Origin: Magallana gigas
Taxonomy: Eukaryota
Direction of reading: 5' to 3'
DNA length: 64,000 bases
NCBI RefSeq assembly: GCF_963853765.1
Contig: NC_088859.1
Location: 37,820,001-37,884,000 of the forward strand
Shown here one piece after another: positions 57,428 to 64,000 of the stretch; positions within the stretch are counted from its first letter, which is position 1; every line of letters starts with the position of its first letter. The notes under the pieces were generated by a model that saw only the letters and a list, made by a program, of their open reading frames with translations, was not told where the DNA came from and did no database searches. The position numbers were made by a program, and so were the translations under genes.

Positions 57428-60336
57428 GGGCTAGAGCTTGATGCGTCACTCACCGCTTTGGACACCATGTCTACTTTCCCGCGTACAGACTCACGTCGCT
57501 CTATTGCAAGAATCGAACCACGAGGAATGCCAACGTTTGTACCACAGATCAAATATAAACGGCGGTGTTGCTAAACGTAAAATAAGACAAAGTGAAAGTA
57601 AAAGAGAACTGAATTGGAGAGTAACTCGCCATAGTGGTCTCATTCGCTGAGAATAAAAACGGAGCTAGCTGGTCTGTGCATGCCATATATTTGTATGAAC
57701 CTGCACGTAAACGAGCTATTTATTTGATTTTATTTATTTATCGTATGGTATACTATCATGCTGTTATGAAATCCATCCAACAAATCACAGATTAAAATTT
57801 TCTATTTTCTATTAGGACGTGTCTTTATCTTTTCATTCGTAAAATATTCTGAGAACGGACATGGATTCAAAATCCAAGTCCTTAAGTTTCTTGTTTGGTC
57901 CCTTCCGAATAAAGCCTGCATTTCAACATACTCGGTTTATTTACTTCCTATCTTGATATTCAAAAGGAATGTGTATCTAAGAGTCTGACATTTACAAAAA
58001 AAGTTTACATTTTAATGCATTGTAAATTTTAAATTAAATCAAAACGCAAATAAATTGAAGCTCGATTGAAAACCGTGATTTAAATTGTTTGTCCTCACTA
58101 TTTGTACTGAACGATACCGAGAGTAATATGGGATTCTAAGTTGGAATTTGTCAGCTAAATGTCAGAAAAGAAAATCAAAAGAGCATAGAACCGCAATTAT
58201 TTATTATATACCATACCAATAAATTAATATGCATTTTAAGAACCAACGAAAATTTTGAATAAAATTATTTGTTAAAAACCGCATGAGTCTACTAGAAGCT
58301 ATGATTAGGGGAAAACAACTCGAGTATGTATCTGTACAATTTTAAATATTTTTTATTTTGTACCTCAAGAACAATTTATATGGCTTGAGACAATTAATAT
58401 ACAAACAAACTAGAGACATGAGTTACAGTGGTAAATTAATATTTATTGTTTAGGTATTAAGATAAAAATCAAATCAGATTGTAGCTTTTCATTTAAACCG
58501 AGAGAGCAATTATGTAATTCAATAAAATTATGCAATATGGAGATTCCCTGCATGTTAAAAATCTCTTGGACGAATTTAGAATCAATTGTGTGCAGTAGTT
58601 CAATTGCCCTATTTTATTTTACAGGATTATTTGTGTTTCGTTGTTCATCCGTCCATGTTTATTCCATGCAATTTTTTTTACGAGTTATTTTACTCCTAAA
58701 AACACTAACAAACAATTTTGATGACGAGTGTCCTTTTATAACTAGTACATGTATATGTATATGTACATGTATATATATTTACTACATTAGTTCATTTGTA
58801 CAAGTAAATCGGAATGTGATCAAACAACAGAGATTAAACAGGTGAATAATTTAAACTTATGCTTTCGTATACTTTTTGTACATTCAAATGAATCACTCCA
58901 TTTGACAGATATTTGTAGAGTAACGACAGTTTTTGTTGGGTTTCAATAAACCGGAATTTTTACAACTATTCCTGATAATCTTCACGTTTAATAAATAGTC
59001 ATATCTTTAAATATTGGCACAAGTGTGATTAAGAAGCCTTTGCATAGACGGCTTATTCTGGTATTAAATATTTGATGTCTAATAGTCATAATGAGCAATA
59101 TGATGTCAAAATAGAAAAATATTTTGCATTCATCCAAGCTCAAAATAGATACATTGTTTTAGAAACAGAGGACTTTGATCAAACTAGTTTCTTTTTTAAA
59201 AGAATCATCAAAATCCAAGCACCCTTGAATCAAAATTTTCTTACTTCAATCAATCGCTTTCCAACACCGTGGCAGTGGCTGGATCAAGATATGTAATTGT
59301 ACTTTTTCTAGGACTTAAGAGTATCTTAATATATTAACGTCAGTAAACAATTTCGAAAAAACATATGAAAATACCAGTAGTTGTTGAGAAATGATAAATT
59401 CATGCAATGTATAGCGAACTTTAATTTATACCCCATTTTGATGCATTCAAAGGAATAAATGTACAGATTGCGTATGTTTTAATATCAAAACAAATAAAAT
59501 ACCTTCTTATGCTACGATTTAACTTTCCTGCAAGGAATGAATTTTACAAATTACACAAGTCGGTATCGTGTCCCGTTTATTGATTTCCGACTCTTTCCAA
59601 AATTGATCACGTGATTCTATGTTAAATTTTCAACATGACTGGAGAGGACGGGTTAATACATACAAGGATATTAATTAAATTGCAGCAAAAAAGTGAGAGC
59701 AAGTAACATAAAAAGAAATTACGAGAAAAGTATCAGATGTTCAAATGTAGACACAAGCCAAGCCCCCCCCCCCCCCCCACACACACACACACCTCTTATA
59801 CGCAATAGTGTTGAAAAAATATGGTCTCGTTTAAAAATATTTAACAACACGAACATTTATGTAGGTAAATACTTTGGCAATAGGCATTTATCGAAGCCCT
59901 TACTCGGTGAAAAATCGAAGAAATTGCGGAAAGAAACAATATAGTCTACTAAAAAAGTGTATAGCATCAAATTGTTTTAAACAGGTATCAAAATCATTGC
60001 GAAGAAAAAAAATGAAGGTAAAAAGGGTAAGGAAGTCAAAAACTATAACATGATATAACAGATTTTTAAAATGTTTGAAAAAACTTTTGAGGTTATACAG
60101 TAAGCTTACATGAAATTTACTGTGATATGTTAAACGCTTTCATCGCATTATCCCATTTTATTGCTTTGATGGCGGATGGTTGACCAAAACATGCAAATAA
60201 AGGACTGATGCATATCGACTGTGCAGTCATGATAGCTATCTCCTGATGTTGCAACTGCATGTTTATTAAATTGATTCTTTGGTAATCAGTTTAACATACC
60301 TGTGAGGTATCCACAGCGGATGGTCGCGTCTGACAC

Positions 60337-60451
60337 TATAAATAGGAGCGGTGACACAGTGGTCGTGACCTCCGTGTAGCCTTATCACAACTTCATCAAC
60401 TCTCCTCTCCATAGCAACCAAACCAAACACCGGAATATTACCAGTGTAAGT
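60337..60451 (+). promoter_or_regulatory. Candidate TATA-box promoter and non-coding first exon of a + strand gene continuing to the right
   Basis: TATAAATA at 60337-60344 in a locally CpG-rich patch, followed by a C/A-rich UTR-like tract and donor ccagt|gtaagt at 60445/60446. No downstream coding exon was identified. Confidence 0.35.
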
Positions 60452-63400
60452 GATCTCGTATCCTAGTTTTTCAAAAAGGTTAAGTTTCCCCCCAGATTCA
60501 CTGAGGTGATATACTGTAATGCGTAGTGTACCTATAGCTTCAGTTCTATAGTTAATTTCCTTTCTTTTACTCTTTAACTTCAATTTTTTACATACTTCCA
60601 AAAAAGTAAGAGGGGCAACTCCATGTTAATTCATTTTTATAAGTAAGTTTAAGAAAAAGATTTAATGGGAGAAAAAGGGGGGGGGGCTCCATCCCCCCTC
60701 CCCCCCCAATGCTACTTGCCGACTAAACAACTCTGTGCTTTATATATACATGAACTTTCTGAGACTGAATGACATCCACAACCCCATTCTTTGGTCAAAG
60801 TATAATTCTGGGACGGAACAACTGTTCATCAAAAGGGACTTTATCTTCTTTCATTCTAGTACTTTTGAAATAAACTTTCTGTGAACTTTTCGAAACCAAG
60901 CATTTTTAGTAAATGAACAACACAGAAAACAACGGGAAGCACTTACCTATTGTCAGTCTCTTTGGTATTCTATTGAAAGGGTTTTGTGTAAATTTTCCCA
61001 CCAAGCAGAGATGAAATAATATTGCCGATGATAATGAATAAGTGTTCCGACCAAAACCATCGATTTATTTGTTCCTCAAATTTATCCTAAAAATCTAGGG
61101 GAAAACATCGGGATTTCTCTGAGGAAATGAGGCCGATGCATTCAAGAAAAACAAATCAACAAAGAATCGTACTATCGTGTCACAATATTTATTTTGATTT
61201 ACAGATGTTTAATACACCAACATGTATTGACCGACTTTGATGACAAGATTAAGTTTAATGACTCTCGAGACAGCAGCTATACATGTGTCCCGAAGTTCAT
61301 TTGTGGTTAACATTATTTACATATTTATGTTGCTGGAAAACGTTTTCGAGTTATCCCACTTTGAATGCTATATAGTGGTTTTTTTTGGGGGGGGGGGGTC
61401 AAATTTTAAAAAATTGTATCCGTTTGTATCTTGTACTGTGATTGTCCTGTAAAATAAAAATGTCAGATGAAGATTTTATTTTGATAATTTCTTCGAAACA
61501 AGAATAAAATATATATTTTATTTATAATATTTACATGTATATAGAAGTGGTAAATTACTTCAAGAGTTATAGTTTTGCATGGCTCGGTATAGCATGTTTG
61601 GTATAAAATGATTTCAAGATAAATATGAGGAAAAACAGATTTGACGAAAGCGATATCCAAAGGGCAATGTTAACTTGTAAATGTATGCATTTTTGTATTA
61701 TCAATGAAAGAGGAAAATCTGAAAAGAAATATCTGACACATTGATAAAGAAATTAAGTTACTACATGTATAATATAAACAGAAAAGTCGTTTGATCATAT
61801 GGAGTTGTCTTTCTTTTCATTCACTGAACATGTCCCCCCTTTTCAAAGACCGAATGCCGCCAAACAAAACTTTAAAAAATATATATAATTCAAGCTTAAT
61901 GCCCTTTATTAAAACCATAAATCAGCAAATATATTGTAGTTTTTGCATCTGAACCAACTTAAAAATATATTTTATCGGTTACAAATATTGACAATGCATT
62001 CACCTTTTAAGGTCGGGATTCCATCCATGAGTACTAGAAAATTTTGAAAAATGACTGGTTTAATGTTATCTTACTTAATACTGGTTCGAACCATGTTTTA
62101 GTCAAGTAAATGTGAATATTAAAGTAAATATAACACCGAGGGGTGTATATGTACATGATAAGTTCTTAGTATTACAGCTTTACATGTATTTATGTAAGTC
62201 TTTGTACAGTTATTTTCATTTTACAGGCAATTTGAACCTATGCTAATAATCGTGTCATGCTAATTGCTTGTTAGTGTTTATCTGTTGACTACTTTTTTAC
62301 CGCAGGGAAATCGCTATTAAGAAATCTAAACTCAATAACAGGGACAGAACATATTGAATATCCTTCTCTGGATCTTTTGATTAAAAGATATGGAAATTGA
62401 TTTTTATTTTTACCCCTGTCAGATATCATTTTAATATAAGTACTTTACATATCTACAGTGTATATTGATGTGTGTTTTGTCTCCTTGCAAATTTACACAT
62501 GTAGCTCCACTTTGAGTCAAAATCCCTAAATTTTTGATTTGAAATAAAATAATATTTTGATACAATCTAAATAATCTGGGACTTCGTTATAAGCGTGTTT
62601 TACTGTAATCTATTTTATAAACTTTATGTCAAAATTTATGATCATTGAATAACGTAATGGGATAACACAATGTATGTAATTACTTTCCATTTGAATGGGT
62701 TCATGTCAAGCATTCCTCAAATTGATGAGAGGACGGACATTTTATATGCATGTATGTTTTGTTCTACGATGGTAGACAAAAACTAAATTACACCCTAATA
62801 CCTGCTGAAGTCCAATAAGATATTCATAATTTATTGCAGGCACCAAAGTAGTTAAATTTGTTACAAATTTAAATCTGAATGCAAATGCCTCTAAAATGAC
62901 TTTTGATGTTGCAGGGAATACGGGCACCTGCAAACCGGCCATGGTTTTCGTCATTGTGCACGCCTCTGTCTGGTGGTGTCGCCAAATCGAGCCTTCAGTG
63001 ACCCGCGTCCTGACACTAATCTTAATACCTATTCTTAATTTTGTTTTCATTATTTTTTTCATCAAAATTTGAAACAAAAAATGATTTATATTTATATTTA
63101 TTATTATTTTCGGAAATATTTCAATGTATTGATGTAATTTTTTTTGTAACTGTTTATGCTGGCGTCCGCCAAAGGGCATTCAGGAAAAAAGCTTAATTTT
63201 ATATACATACTTCCTGTCAACAGAATAGTCTGTCCACAATTAATTCCACATATCAAAATTACTTGTAAAAAATAATGAGCAATAAAAATAGAAAGAATGC
63301 TTCGGTTACAAGTCACCTTGGGACTATTTGGAGGCACAGACCGTCCGAATAAAATATACATAGTCATCTTACTTTTTTCAGAAGACAAATATGTTACTTG

Positions 63401-64000
63401 CAAACAATATGACTATTTGGTAAAGTCAAAAATAAAAAAATTAAGATTATCAAAAAGCACAATAAACCACCCTTTGATAATTATTATAGTAAAATACAAT
63501 GTTATTTCAGGATGTTTTATATTATTTTAGGAATTTTGGAAATAGTGCACGCATTGTGAAGAGAGTGTGTATTTCTGATTCTCGTTTATCAACTATCTAA
63601 AACGTAAGTATTTATAAGATACAAAACTAGAAATGAAAGCGACTACTTGTTCAAGCTTCCATGGTAACCAATGAATCTTAATTCCTTTGACAGTTTTACT
63701 CCTTTGGTTGACCTGACGGATTTCAAAATTGTCATTATTTTTAAAATTTTATTTCAATTTGTTGAATAATTAAAAATCTGGCTTATACTTCAACCTAGTA
63801 GTTTTATACTTTTGAAACCAACCTTAAAAGATTTTTTTTTTAAATTTTCGTTGGGCAGTCGACTTTGATCATAATTTCAATACCATCAAGGAATAGATTA
63901 TGCATATGGTGTATAGATATTTCAAAAACACAATTAAATCATGCAAATTACACCAAAATTCAATTAATTTCTATTGAGACATGAACATGGTTAAACATCT

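Noticed and set aside
60266-60601. 111-aa - strand ORF with a GNAT-like LFEKLGYE motif as a protein-coding gene
   Set aside because: One short motif only, a non-ATG start, and no other GNAT elements or supporting coding exons. Kept only as an ambiguous splice-signal observation.
62742-63530. ORFs at 62742-63179, 63104-63403 and 63297-63530
   Set aside because: They cross AT-rich low-complexity sequence, and no domain motifs or consistent exon chain were found.
1-64000. tRNA, rRNA, snRNA genes or selenocysteine recoding (in-frame TGA 12 nt before the ODH-4 ATG)
   Set aside because: No cloverleaf or rRNA-like sequence was recognised by eye. The TGA lies in 5'UTR sequence and no SECIS-like element was identified. 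tRNAscan/Infernal were not run.

Overview
AT-rich eukaryotic (animal) genomic DNA with spliceosomal introns and one 143-N assembly gap. By inference from gene content and repeat types it is a bivalve mollusc, probably an oyster (Crassostrea/Magallana). In order, it holds: the 3' part of a ZP-C-domain membrane-protein gene (+); a tandem pair of B-box/beta-propeller genes (-), the second with a decayed B-box; a 4-exon Reeler-domain gene (+); a complete 10-exon ESCO/Eco1 cohesin acetyltransferase gene (+) whose last intron holds nested transposons (TTAA MITE, decayed L1/Tx1-type LINE, mariner-type MITE, large hairpin); an opine (octopine/tauropine-type) dehydrogenase array of four intact genes with intronless coding regions plus one 5' pseudogene fragment, with an intronless GPCR inside it; and a single-exon, KCNE-like single-pass membrane protein (+). 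The strongest candidate for an under-described system is the opine dehydrogenase (ODH) array. Its paralogues keep the catalytic His/Arg/Asp but differ at amino-acid-pocket positions (Lys vs Asp, Gln vs His, Ser vs Phe). Two of them show 3' sequence homogenisation, and a candidate leader exon resembling a mitochondrial transit peptide lies upstream. No tRNA, rRNA or CRISPR array was seen. All calls are by eye; no database searches were run.
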